A stretch of DNA of 64,000 nucleotides from Vicugna vicugna (Eukaryota): contig MU062317.1 in assembly GCA_013265495.1 (NCBI GenBank), positions 558,001 through 622,000 on the forward strand, in the 5' to 3' direction. The translations under genes were made by a program, and so were the position numbers. Below, piece after piece: positions 47,727 to 59,511 of the stretch (position 1 is its first letter; every line of letters starts with the position of its first letter). The notes under the pieces were generated by a model. That model was given only the letters and a program-made list of their open reading frames with translations, had not been told where the DNA came from and made no database searches.

Positions 47727-48112
47727 CGTGGTTGCCAGATTTAGCCAAAAGACAAACGAGGAAAAACGAGTTTTTATTTATATTCTATGTATAAAATACA
47801 GTACACGTGTTATGTATGTATTATGCACTATAGCATCTATTATATCTATACGAGCGCCTATTTATGTGTGGATATATTTGCATGTAAATAAAATTGTAAT
47901 AAAATAAAATGTAAATAAAAGTATTTACATTAAACAAATACATAGAAATACACACAGGACGCCAGTTAAATTTGGATTTCAGATAAGGGGATAATTTTGT
48001 TATAAATATGTGCTATGTAGATATTTGGGAACATATTTACCCTAGAAAATGACTCGTTGCTTATCTGAAATTCAGTTTAAGTGTACGTCCTGCATTTTAT
48101 CTGGCAACCCTA
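47727..48112. mobile_element. MER53-like palindromic hAT MITE split by a ~200-nt AT-rich insertion
   Basis: Terminal inverted repeats GGTTGCCAGAT (47730-47740) and ATCTGGCAACC (48099-48109); internal arms caggacg...ttcagataag and cttatctgaa...cgtcctg. Family name from recalled consensus. Confidence 0.8.
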
Positions 48113-48218
48113 GCCGGAGGGGACCTCGAGGCCTCTCCCGCTCGGTGACTGGCGGAAATCCCGGGTGGGACGAAAAGCGGCGCCAGCCTCACAGCGCTGT
48201 GGCGTGCGGGGCGGGGAG

Positions 48219-48300
48219 AACTACGAGCCCCACAATGCCGCGCGCGCGCCCTGGGCCCTGATTGGCTGCGGCGTGCTTCCCGCCTCAGCGTCACTTCCGG
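48219..48300 (+). promoter_or_regulatory. WRAP73 core promoter: ZNF143-like motif (48219-48242), CCAAT/ATTGG (48261-48265), E2F-like TTCCCGCC (48277-48284), ETS/GABP CACTTCCGG (48292-48300)
   Basis: Motifs read directly, 70-150 nt upstream of the WRAP73 ATG. Confidence 0.65.
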
Positions 48301-48367
48301 CCGCGGAGGGGTGGTTGCGGCGGGCTGTGCCGGCCCGGCTTCGCGGGCGAGGGGTTCGGCGGCCGCC

Positions 48368-48436
48368 ATGAACTTCTCCGAGGTGTTCAAGCTGTCCAGC
48401 CTGCTGTGCAAGTTCTCCCCGGACGGCAAGTACCTG
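48368..48436 (+). CDS. WRAP73: WRAP73 exon 1 ([23 protein letters not shown])
   Basis: Strong Kozak gccgccATG; donor gtgagc at 48437; matches the WDR8/WRAP73 N-terminus. Confidence 0.97.
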
Positions 48437-48868
48437 GTGAGCGGCCGCGGGGCCTGGCCGACGGCGGGCCCTCCGCGGGAGGCGCGTGTCCACAGCGGGT
48501 GGCGCGGACCCGGGAGCCGGGAGCCGGGCGGCCGCGGGGCCCGGATGGGGGGAGCTCGGGGTCCGCAGCGGTGGGCCCTGCCCGGGCAGCGGCCCCCGGC
48601 GGGCGCCCCGGGCAGGGGGCCTGGGCTGCTGTTGCAGACAGGAGGCCTGGGCGGGTGCTGCAGACCAGTTTTCAAAGCGACAATGTGAAAAACAGTAAGC
48701 ACAGGACACATATTTGTTCTGATCTGCAGTCTCTCTCCCACGCTCCTTTTTCCGTGCAAAATTCATGTGGCTCGTTTTTTGATAGAAGTTCATGAAACAA
48801 AACCCCAGGAATCTAATTTGACCTTGATAAGTACAAAATGAAGCAGTTAACATTTAAGAATCCATTCT

Positions 48869-49120
48869 TGTTTTTTTTTTTTTAATTTACTGAAGTATAG
48901 TCAGTTTACAACGTTGTGTCACTTTCTGGTGCACAGCATCATGGTTCAGTCCTACGTATACACACATGTATTCGTTTTCATGTTCTTTTTCATTATAGAT
49001 GACTACAAGATGCTGAATATAGTTTCCTGTGCTCTACAGAAGAAACTTGTTGTTTATCTGTTTTATATACAGTAGTATCTGCAAATCTTGAACTCCCAGT
49101 TTATTCATCCCCACCCCCTC
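48869..49120 (-). mobile_element. 5'-truncated L1 3' end (artiodactyl-type) with poly(A) tail
   Basis: T13 run followed by aatttactgaagtatagtcagtttacaa...tgctgaatatagtttcctgtgct. Confidence 0.8.
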
Positions 49121-49344
49121 TTGATTTTTAAACTGTGATTACTCTACTGTTGCAGGAAAGCACACTCAGGCACGTCAGCTGTTTACTTGAACGTGGGTAT
49201 TATTAACAAATATGGACATGAGGTAGCTGTACCTTTAGGAAAGCTGTACTAACACTTGAACATTTTCAGAGTCAGGGTTAGGACGAAGGCGATGCAGGTG
49301 TCCTCCCTCCTGAGTCTCCTTCACTCCCACCCTGCTGCCTGCCA

Positions 49345-50084
49345 CGCGCAACACTTCTGCCACATCTGATCAGCAGTGTGTGGGCCTCCCCCCAACACCA
49401 AGCCGTTCTCCACACCAGCTCTGTGTCCTGCAGTTTGACTCAGTTCTGGCACTGTCTACCTGGAGAGAGCATTACATTCCCCAGGTTAAGGGCTCAGTCC
49501 GACAAGGCTGCCCCCCTCTTCAGACGCCACTTGGAAGTCCAGGTTGTCACCTGTGCTTCTGACCAACTGGCTGTGGATTGGAGGTTTCCATGATCTGCTC
49601 TTTGGGTTCCACTAATTTGCTAGAGCAGCTCACAGGACTCAGAGAACACGGAGGGTTAGCAGTTTATTGAAGGATGTGATACAGCCAGACGAGGAGGTGC
49701 ACAGGGAGAGGCCTGGCGGGTCTTGATGCAGGAGCTTTTGTCCCCTGGAGTCCAGTGTGTCCCCCTCATATGTAGGTGTGTTCATCCATCTGCAAGCTCT
49801 CTGAGTCCCGTATTGGGATTTTATTCAGGTTTCATCACATATGCATGGGTGGTCATTAACTTCATCTTCAGGCTTTTCCCCTGAAGAGAAAAGGGCTGGG
49901 CTGAAAATTCCAGGTTTCTAGTCCTGCTGGGTCTTTCTGGGGAGCAGCCCCCACCCAGGTGCCACCCAGGGTTGCTCCACAAGAACAGAGCATGCTCCTG
50001 TGACCCAGGAGGTTCCAAGGGTTTCAGGAGCCCTGTGTCAGGACCTGGCAGCAGAGACTAACATGTGTTTTCTGTTCTCTCACA
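49345..50084 (-). mobile_element. MER21-like ERVL LTR
   Basis: caggttaagggctcagtcc, ttcagacgcc...aagtccaggttgtcacctgtgcttctgaccaactggct, ctaatttgctagagcagctcacag, ccaagggtttcaggagc...tcaca end. Confidence 0.8.
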
Positions 50085-50612
50085 GTAGGTAAATGAGCAT
50101 TTATGAAATGCCCTTACTCTTGCAGAAGTTCAAACCTGAGCATTCTCTTTCTGTTGGTTCGCCCCAAGGTGGGCCTTTAACAGAGGGGAGAGCCCCTTCT
50201 CTGAGCGCCAGCCTCCATCCTTAAACCACGCAGTGTCTGCAGGTGGCCAGGCCAGAGGGCTTGGCTGTTCACAGGGGCCTTTTTCCCAGCGGCTTCCCTC
50301 TTTAGTTTTTGTCGTGCAGTGAAGAAGGGAGCAGAAAAAGACCCGAATCGAGAGTTTTAAAATCCTGCTTCTTCCTGGAGTGGAACGGGTTTAACTCCTG
50401 GTTTGTGTGTTTCAGTTTTCATCTTTTTATTGACTCATCTTTTGTTTAGAATGTGCTCTCCAGGCGATAAACCCGAGGCTATCTAGACAGAAAGCATGTC
50501 TGAAAGGAGAGGAGGAGACCCTTCCTGAGCAGAGGGCGGCGCTGATGCCCGAGAGCCCCCCACCCCGTCTGGTGGAGTGCACGCCAGCAAGGCCTCTCCT
50601 CTCCCCTCCCAG

Positions 50613-50765
50613 GCTTCCTGTGTCCAGTACCGGCTAGTGGTCCGGGATGCGAACACTCTTCAGATCGTCCAGCTGTACACATGCCTGGACCAGATCCAGC
50701 ACATCGAGTGGTCGGCCGACTCGCTCTTCATCCTGTGTGCCCTGTACAAGAGGGGGCTGGTCCAG
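50613..50765 (+). CDS. WRAP73: WRAP73 exon 2 ([12 protein letters not shown]...KRGLVQ)
   Basis: cccag acceptor, gtgcgc donor, 153 nt in frame. Confidence 0.96.
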
Positions 50766-51222
50766 GTGCGCTGCCCGTGGCTCGGCCCGCCGCCTCCCCG
50801 GGACCCCCTTCCCCATGCAGGGTCCTGCCCTGGGCCCTCCTGGGCAGGAAGGGAGGCAGCGCAGCTCAAAGCCCGCTTCCTTCTAAGGTCATCATAGTTC
50901 TCTCGTAGTTGAAGTACTTTTAAAACAAGAAGACACTTAAATATTCATGATCTGTGACCACATTAACTCAGGAACGGGAAGTGTTTGGACGGCAGCCCAG
51001 CAGCCTACACACCGTGTGTTCAGGGAGCGTTGGGTGGGGTGTTTTGTTTGAGACCCCAGAGTTAATTAACTGAATAGGGTCTTGGGAACGGCAGAGTGGA
51101 GAAACCCTCCAAACTACAGAAAGTGGCGTCACGGAGAAGCGTGGCCGCCTCTGGTGTCTTCCAGGACCAGCCCTTCAGGCTGAGAGCCTAATTAGTGCCC
51201 TGATCGCTCTCTCACGACCCAG

Positions 51223-51339
51223 GTGTGGTCTCTGGAGCAGCCAGAGTGGCACTGCAAGATAGACGAGGGCTCGGCTGGGCTGGTGGCTTCCTGCTGGAGC
51301 CCGGACGGGCGCCACATCCTCAACACGACGGAATTTCAC
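51223..51339 (+). CDS. WRAP73: WRAP73 exon 3 ([16 protein letters not shown]...NTTEFH)
   Basis: cccag acceptor, gtgagt donor, 117 nt; WD40-type sequence. Confidence 0.96.
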
Positions 51340-51534
51340 GTGAGTAGGCGCCCGGATGCCTGCCCCACCTTCCTCCGAAGATGACGTGGGAGCATTCCGG
51401 TGGGCGATTGGGAGGAAGAAACACGACTTTGGTCGTCAGAGCGTTATAAGTCCATGAGTGTTGTTATATAATCTTTTTGCCCAGTTTTAATGAAAAGGAA
51501 AGATTTTTTAAAAACATTTTAAATTATACGTATA

Positions 51535-51686
51535 TTTTTGGTTTGGTTGGTTTTTTGGAGGGGAAGTAATTAGGTTTATTTATTTATATATTTATTTGTT
51601 TGTTTATTAATGGAGGTATTGAGGATTGAACCCAGGACCTTGTGAATGCTAAGCACGTGCTCCACCGCTGAGCTACACCCTCCCCC
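51535..51686 (-). mobile_element. tRNA-derived SINE, same family
   Basis: Reverse complement GGGGAGGGTGTAGCTCAGCGG...GGTTCAATCC...AAATAAACCTAATTAC; aaattata on both sides (51521-51528, 51687-51694) as a possible target-site duplication. Confidence 0.9.
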
Positions 51687-52689
51687 AAATTATATTTGTA
51701 AGGGTTGAAACAGTTCTTTTGATTCAACAATAGAAAGTGAACTTTAGTATGAACGAATTTACATCCTTCCTCTGAGGCGTCTGATCTGTGGCACTAACCC
51801 CTTTGTTCATTTGCTCCTCAAGCCTGGGGCTTCCTCTGGGCGCGAGGCGCTGGGCAGGAGCTCCGAGTGGAAGAAGAACATTTGAAATCTGGTAGTAAAT
51901 TGGAGATAGCTCGGGCACTGTGACTACGTCTCATAAACACATCACATTAGGGCAGTTGGCGTCTCGAAGGTGTTTGCTGAAAGGTCTTTGATGTTAGCGG
52001 TGTGTTTTTTGGACATCGAAAAATGTATGGGTCCCTTTAACGAGGTGGCTTCTGGCCTTTGGGTGTGATTCCGCTGAGGTCGTCGGGTCTGGGTGCTGGC
52101 TCATCGCACCGGCCCAGCCCCCAGCTCTGCAGGCGCAGACCCTGCGCGGTGACAGCGTGTTTGGCGAGATGAGTGTTTATCCCCAGCCACGGGAGTGCGG
52201 AGTGACCTGCAGGAGTTCATTCTGCTTTTCTGAGTCGCATCGCTGGGAACAACCTCTCCAGCCGCGAGGGGACGGCCATATAGCTGCGTTAGAGCGCCAT
52301 GGCTGTGCGTGACCTCCGTCTCGGTTTTCAGACATACTTTACAGGTGACGTCTGCCGGTAAGGCCGCCGGGAGCGCAGCCGGACGCGAAGGGGCCCGGAG
52401 CCTCCGCGTTGTGCACCTGAACGTTTTCCAGGGTCTCGGGAATGCTTCGAGCTTTTCACACTTCCTTGTCTAACATTCTTCATTCTTATAGTTTTTTGGG
52501 CCAAAATCCACCCTCCAATGGTCACCTGGCAGGGGGCCCTCATCTCCCAAACTTAAGCGTGAAAGACAAATCGTGGGCCCCTTGGACAAGGGGTCGTGAG
52601 TGAAAACCGAGGCGGCCGGTTCTTGGGGTAGACACCTCGGGGTGAGACCGCTGGGAGGTGTGTGCCATTTTAAGAGCCTGCAGCCGCCA

Positions 52690-53660
52690 CCCCACGTGGC
52701 TCTGCCCCTGGCAGTCCCACCAGCAGCTCAGAAGAGGTTCAGGCGCCCAGCCTCAGTGACGCTGGTCATCACAGCCTCTTCTGCGGTCAGTCTGATGTGT
52801 GGTGGCGTCTCATCATGGCGTAATTTGCGTTTTCCTTACGACGGACACAGTCCCTGTGTGCTGGTCACCATGTGACTTTGTCTGTATTTCTCTGCACTTC
52901 TGTATTAGGCCGTTTGTCGTGTTACTGAGTGAAGGCGTATTCTGGCCACAAGTCCTTTGTCCGACGTCTGTGTAGCAGGTATCCTCTCCTGGCCTGTGGC
53001 TTGCTTTTTCACTTTCCTTTGACAGGGCAGTTTTTCATTTTGATGGAGTCTCTAATCAATTTTTCCTTTTTTGATTTGTGCATCTTGTGCCTAAAGAAGT
53101 CCCTGCCCAACCCAAGATCATGGAGTGTCTTTTGTTTTCTCCTAGGAGTTTCAGGGCGTGAGTGCCTCAGTTGGGGTGTCTCATCTGTCTTGAATCTCTG
53201 TCCTTCCCCACATTGCCCCATTGACAGAAACCAGTTGTCTGTCTGTGTGTGGCCCTGTTCCTGGACCGGTCTTGTTCTGTTGATCTGCTGATCTGTCTGT
53301 GTGTCAGCACCAGACTCTCCTGATCGCTAAAACTTAATTGTAAATCTGGAAACCAAAATCAGTGTGTTTTCCAGTCTTCTCCTTTTTTTGAAGTTGTTTT
53401 GGCCATTCTAGGTCTTTTGCATTTCCATGCCAATTTTAAAATAAATTGTCAATTGCTTAAAAAAAAACTGTGCTAGGATCGTTAACGTTGAGGTTGCATC
53501 ACATCTGTGGACCAGTTTGGGGATAATTGCTTCTTAGCAATACTGATGTTTTGGACCCGCGGGCCTGGGGCACTTGTTTTCTTAAGTCTTTAAAATTTTT
53601 TTCTAAGCGGTGTTTTCTTTGTACAGATCTTGCATATACTTTATAAAACTTGCTCCTGTG
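52690..53660 (-). mobile_element. Old L1M ORF2/3' fragment
   Basis: tcccaccagcag, aatttgcgtttcc, ctttgcccaacccaag-like, ttggccattctaggtcttttgcatttccat motifs. Confidence 0.7.
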
Positions 53661-55929
53661 TGTTAAATTCTGTTTGTGAGCTCTGGACCTTTAGCTTCAG
53701 TGCAGGGGTATTTACCCCGCGGATACGCAGGTGTGCGTATGTAAACCCGGAGCACTTGACCTCTAAATGCATGCACTTCTAACGAGAGAGGGAAACCACA
53801 CACATTTCCACACCGATAAAGAACTCGATAATCTGTTGTTGTCAATTTGCTATATAGTTCACAAGTTAATTTTCCAGACAATCTCTAAGTTGGAAAAGGT
53901 TATTTTAAGTATTTTTGCTTCAGTACTGGAATTTCTTGGTCACCAGCGGCACTGAGAATGTAATAAAAGTGTATTTATGTTTTATGTCAAGGAAAGTTGG
54001 AAGTATTGTGGAAAAGGAGGTGAGAAAAGTTAACTCTTTCTCGAAAGCAAGTTTCTCTTGCAATCAGCATTTGAGTTCACACTGAAGAAGTACTTGAAAG
54101 TGTACCATGGCCTAGGGGGGACTGTGGGGTCCTGCCAAGGACAGACGCCTTTAATGGGCAGGTAGGCCGTGACGGTGATGCCGTGGGGACAGACCTGAGG
54201 TCCCAGGTCAGGGCCATGATGGCCCCTTCGTCCTCCCAGGGGCCGAGGGGCCCAGAGCGGCCCGTCCCCCACCCCTCCCCGAGGTGCTGCCATGTTGTGG
54301 GGTTGATGGGTTTCACTGCCTCTTCTTTTCTTACTGGATTTATTAAAGGTATAGACAGTTTGGTTTTCAAAACTTTTTCTTGACAGGATAGTGGGTGAAA
54401 ATCAGGCCTCAGTGCTCTGTGCCTTCCGTGGCCAGGGCAGGGCGCGCAGCGGGCAGGGCACCGGCGGTCCCCGGGCCTGGACACCCCACCTTTCCCTCCT
54501 CTCCTCACTTCTCAGCTCCTTTTTTAAACCCAGCAGTCACTTTAGTCTTAAGTTTGCACTTTACAGAACCACAAGGGAGAAGGCCTTGAGGGCGAGGGGT
54601 TGGGGGCCGGGGGTGGTGACAAGGGGGAGGAGGAAGGCCCAGAAGTGAAGCCCCCCATCTAGGGACAAGCAGATGCTGTCCCCAGGCCCCCTGCAGGGCC
54701 TCCCGTGTCCGGCTGCCAGGCCAGGAGACCTCCAGACACTCTGCCATTTGACGCGACACTGGCGGGCAGGTGTTCAGAACAGACACTGCCAGGCCAGGGG
54801 CTCTGAGCATCCCGCCCACCGGGCCGGGAAGTGTGCGCCTTCCTCGGCTGGCTCACACCGCACGCCCACCTCAGCCTCTAGGAGCCGGGGGTGGGGGGCG
54901 GTTAGAGGAAACCCGCCTGCCTCCGGGTGCGCCTTGCTGCCAGGGCGCTGGCGCCGGCGGTCTGCAGGTGTCGGTGGCGCTGCCTTTCCCGAGAAAGGCA
55001 GGCACTTCCCGTTGCATCTGAGTCGCCGGCCCCGCAGCGCGTGTGCTCCCGCGTCTCCCTGGTGCAGGTGAGCTTTGCAGAGGGGTGGTTTCAGGCATCG
55101 GGTTTGGTTCTTTCCTCTTTTCTAAGAGGCGAAGTGGAGAACACGAAGTTCAACTTCTAAGCTAAAAACAACAGCGTAGTTTGCAGGGGTCACATGGGTA
55201 CAGAAATGCACTGCCTGCCTCGCAGGTCGCTTTCCGGGAAGGCCTGCAGTCTTTGTAAAGCTACAATGTGACCAAGAGCAGTTTTCAGCCCGTGTTCCTG
55301 ATCTCACCGCCATGCCCAGCGAGCACAGCTTTGGTGGTGTCCACTGGCCTTGGGGCTGCCAGTGGCCGGAGGTGGCAGGTGCCCTTTTTTCTGTGCACCT
55401 GTCCCTCGGTTAACCTCCCGACAGCCGATGAGAAGGGTATGGGATGGTTTTGGAAACAGAAGTCTAGAAACTCTGCTCAGGGGTGACTATTCACTTTTAG
55501 GGAGTCTCGGGGAGGTGACAGGCAGGCCCTCCCCCATGGCTGCAGGCGGGGGGCCTCCTGTGCTCACAGAGTTGGGGTTACAATGCAAGACTCTGCGTCC
55601 CCTCACTGGTCCCTCGTTAACGTGTCTTCTCTTCTGCACCAGCCTGGTCAGCTCTGGGCTGCCTGTGTGCGGAGTGACTGCAGTGGTTCCTGCAGAAATC
55701 CTCTGGGAGATGGGGCACAGTGGGGCGTCCACTCAGGGAGTCGGTCCCATTCCTGTCTCTGCCAGCCTGGGGGCCAGGCCGCCCTCCCACCTGGCCGGAG
55801 AGGCAGAGCCATTTCCCCATTACCTGCTTCAGGAGACCGAGGGTCCCAGATGGCTTTCCCACCTAAACATGTTTCTGTGACTAAGTGACAATTTTAGGTT
55901 TACTGTTATGTGAGAACTGATCACAGCAC

Positions 55930-56432
55930 ACCGTCCCCTGGCCCTCATCTGCAGGGGGTGCCTGAGGTCCCTGAGCGTACCGAATCCTACAGACAGGTCT
56001 GTGGTCAAGCTGAGTTTATAAGTTAGGCCCAGTAAGAGATGAACAGTAACTAACAGTGAAATAGAAGACGTAACAGTACACCACAATAAAAGTTAAGTGA
56101 CTGAGTCCTCGCTCAGAAATCTCACTGGTCCGCACTCAGCTTCTTGTGATGATGTGGGATGACAGGGCAGGACAGGGGCACTGGCCTGGCCTTTGGCTTC
56201 TGATCGCACGTCAGGGGGACGGGTCCTCTGCCTCAGGTGGTCCTGGTCCCTTGGCCTTGGTGATGTCGATGGTGGGGATCCGGGCGGGACGGCGCTCAGC
56301 GGCGCGCCTTCATCCTGCTGCTCAGAACGGCACGCGGTTTTGTACTCAGGAATTATTTCTGGAATTTTCCATTTAATATTTTCAGACCACAGTTGACTAT
56401 GAGTGACTAAAACTGGGGATAAAGGGGGACCA
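55930..56432 (+). mobile_element. MER44/Tigger7-like DNA transposon remnant
   Basis: tttataagttaggcccagtaagagat...ttatttctggaattttccatttaatattttcagacc...ggataaaggggga end. Confidence 0.75.
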
Positions 56433-56713
56433 TGGCACTTTGGAACTAAAAGCACTTGTGTTTAACTTTGTGTCACTCAGATATATTGTTACAAAGTGCA
56501 AACAAAACCAAGTGGGGTGGGGAGCCTTAAATTTAGCAATAGTAAAGTGTGAGTCTGACACATTTCTTCAGACGGAGACCCAGGACCAGCGATACTGTTG
56601 CTTCCGAAGTAGACCCGTCCCTGGGTGCTGGCAGCCTGGTTTACGAGCTGCAACAGTCTTTCCAAAAATGCTGAACATACACTGTTTCTTTCCTCCTCCC
56701 CCTCTCCGGACAG

Positions 56714-56786
56714 CTGCGGATAACCGTCTGGTCCTTGTGCACGAAGTCTGTGTCCTACATCAAGTACCCCAAAGCTTGTCAGCAGG
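56714..56786 (+). CDS. WRAP73: WRAP73 exon 4 ([24 protein letters not shown])
   Basis: gacag acceptor, gtgagt donor, 73 nt. Confidence 0.95.
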
Positions 56787-58261
56787 GTGAGTTGGCCAAA
56801 GGTGCTCAGAAATAAGCAAGTAGAGACGGTGTGTCAAGACAACACGCTGTTTGAACTTAAAGCTGTTTAAATGCAGTTGCCGGCGGGGGGGGGTGGGTGG
56901 ACCTTTTTATCGTGGGAAATTCCAAACAGGCAAAAGGTAGCTTCAGTTGTATATCAGCTCATAGCCAGTCTTTTTTCTCTACACCCACCCCGCCCCCGAT
57001 TATTTTAAAGTATGTCCCCAACCTCCTGGTCCTCACTCTGTAAACGCTTCCACCTGGGTCTGTACAAGACAAGGACTCCCTTTTATGTGACCTCAGCAGC
57101 TAAGGAGGAGGTTGTTTTAAGGAAGTCAAGGAAGAAGGGTTTACACGAAATCCTGAACCTCTGTTACCGAACTGGGTGTTCAGTCCCCTTCCAGTTGGTG
57201 TCCCGTCACGGGACCCTAGCCCACACATGGAATTCTGAACCAGATCCTCCACTGACTTAACTCTGTGTGTTCTGTGAGGGACGGGGTCCTGTCCCATTGG
57301 GACGTCCCGGGGCAGGAGGACTGGCCAGTGTCCTCTGTGCCAGCTGGGAGCAACCCCCCGCGACATTTAACTGGGCTGAGAGCTAGCTGGATGCCCCACT
57401 GTGGAGTCATGAAATTACATGATCGTCTTTCAATGAACAGAAGGAAGCAGTACGTAATTTGAATGATCTTTCCATTTTTTCTCTTGCCATCGACAGTTTG
57501 AAACTCACATTTGAATGAAATGCAGTTGAAACAGCAGGTCCTACTGCAGAACACAGGGAGCTGTATCCAGCTCCTTGCAGCATAGCCTGTCATGGGAAAG
57601 ACAGGATGAGGCACACGCGTGGGCACACCCACGCGTGCACACACACACGCGCACATGTAGCTGAGTGCTGTTCCATCCACCGGAAACAACACAGCACTGC
57701 AAACCGATGTACGCCCGCTAAAAAAGGTGCATGAGATGCAGCTGTACATTTATTTCTCACGTTTATAGCTTGATGTGAGTGCCCCTCACATCAAGAGGAC
57801 ACACACAGCTCTCAGTGGAACGGCGGCGTGTCATTTAGGTGTTTTTTTGACTCATGAGGTGCGAGCTGCGGCCGGGCTCGGTGCGCTAATGGACCCGGAA
57901 AGTACAGCCTGACATTTCAACCAGAAATTCTCATCTTAAATTTACTTCTTGGAAATAATTCAATTCAAAAGTAAAAGGAGGGGGAGTGGCGGCGAGCCGG
58001 CTTTGAACCCCCAAGTTTCCTGCAGTTACTTTCCCGGGAGCGCGTGCTCCGCGGGGCACGCACTTTCAGCACCCTCTGGTTCACCGGCCTGGGGGTGACC
58101 CCCTGCCCATCTGAAGTCTGGGGGGCAGGTGCTGGAGACAGAGCTGCAGAGCCCGCTGCAGGCGCCGCGTCCCCACTTCAGACCGCCGCTCGCGCTTCCC
58201 CATCCTCCCTTGAAAACTGACCGCTGTGGCCTCCTCCGTGGGCCTTTCCGTCTCCCGGCAG

Positions 58262-58365
58262 GCCTGGCCTTCACCAGGGACGGCCGCTACCTGGCGCTGG
58301 CGGAGAGGCGGGACTGCCGGGACTACGTGAGCATCTTCGTCTGCAGCGACTGGCAGCTTCTGCGG
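58262..58365 (+). CDS. WRAP73: WRAP73 exon 5 ([18 protein letters not shown]...WQLLR)
   Basis: ggcag acceptor, gtgagc donor, 104 nt. Confidence 0.96.
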
Positions 58366-59034
58366 GTGAGCGGCGCTCTCCCCGTCCCGAGCAGGCTCCC
58401 GGGGGAGGGTAGGGAGGGAGGGGAGCAGTGTGCTCCCTGAGGTTCTGGGGGGGTCACCCGTGCAGCATGGGGAAACGTGATCCCGCATCTCCAAAGGCAG
58501 GTGTGCTGCACGGAACACGCATCAGTGAGTGTTTCTAGGACTTAGCGAGCTGGCCCGTGCTTGGGCTGTGACCAGTTCGTGTGCCACCAAATCTGAGCCA
58601 CCTCCCTTCTTGTTAGTTAAACGGTATTTGCGTACGTGTGGCCCTCCCAGGAGGAGTGACCTGGAGTTTACACTGACCCAGTGCCCGCCCCCTGGAGGCC
58701 ATGGATCCAGACACACCAGCTGAGTGGCCATCTCAGCGCGGGGCAGGGCTGTCCTGGGAGGTGAGGCTCAGCTGGGCAGGAAGAGGGGCAGCGTGTGCAG
58801 CCTGGGGGCCAGAGGCAGAGCCACGTGGCAGCCAGACGCCCTGCCTGGGGACCTCCCTGGCACTCAGGCAGGATTTCACAGCTGCAGGGCAGAGCTGTAG
58901 AGATGTTTGTCCTGCTTGAGAAGGAAGTTAAGTATGAAATGTGTTAACATATCAGCTATAAAGTGAACGTATGTGTATCTGTTTAAGAAAATTTTTTCAA
59001 TTTCTTGGGTCTCTCCCTGCGCCGCCGTGGGCAG

Positions 59035-59121
59035 CACTTTGACACGGACACGCAGGACCTGGCGGGCATCGAGTGGGCCCCCAACGGCTGCGTGCTGGCA
59101 GCCTGGGACAGCTGCCTGGAG
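59035..59121 (+). CDS. WRAP73: WRAP73 exon 6 ([18 protein letters not shown]...CLE)
   Basis: ggcag acceptor, gtaggg donor, 87 nt. Confidence 0.95.
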
Positions 59122-59302
59122 GTAGGGAAGCCGCCTTTTTATTTGCACGCTCTCCCCGTGCTCACGTTGCCGTAACTGTGCGTCTTCAGACATCGAGCTG
59201 GAGAGCTCCCATGCCACCTCAGAGGAGGGCAGTGTCCTCAGGCACGTTCCTGCCCTGGGTTCCTGTCTCTCCGAGCCTCACGTGACATCCCTGTCCCCAC
59301 AG

Positions 59303-59437
59303 TACAAGGTCCTGCTCTACTCCTTGGACGGCCGGCTCCTGTCCACCTACTGCGCTTACGAGTGGTCCCTGGGCATCAAGTCCGTGGCCTGGAGCCCCAG
59401 CAGTCAGTTCCTGGCGGTCGGGAGCTACGACGGGAAG
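59303..59437 (+). CDS. WRAP73: WRAP73 exon 7 ([11 protein letters not shown]...VGSYDGK)
   Basis: cacag acceptor, gtggga donor, 135 nt. Confidence 0.96.
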
Positions 59438-59511
59438 GTGGGAGACGGCCCACGAAGTGAAGCCCGTCGCCAGCTGCTGGGCGGCTCTGACCCTCCGGTT
59501 TCCCTCCCCAG

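Larger units (their letters stand above)
45050..48700. promoter_or_regulatory. CpG island spanning the TP73 and WRAP73 divergent promoters
   Basis: Dense CpG and very high GC by eye, interrupted by an AT-rich block at ~47.75-48.1 kb. Confidence 0.85.

Noticed and set aside
42012-51686. Oppositely oriented SINE pair as a dsRNA source
   Set aside because: 9.5 kb apart on opposite sides of the divergent promoters, so no annotated transcript contains both.
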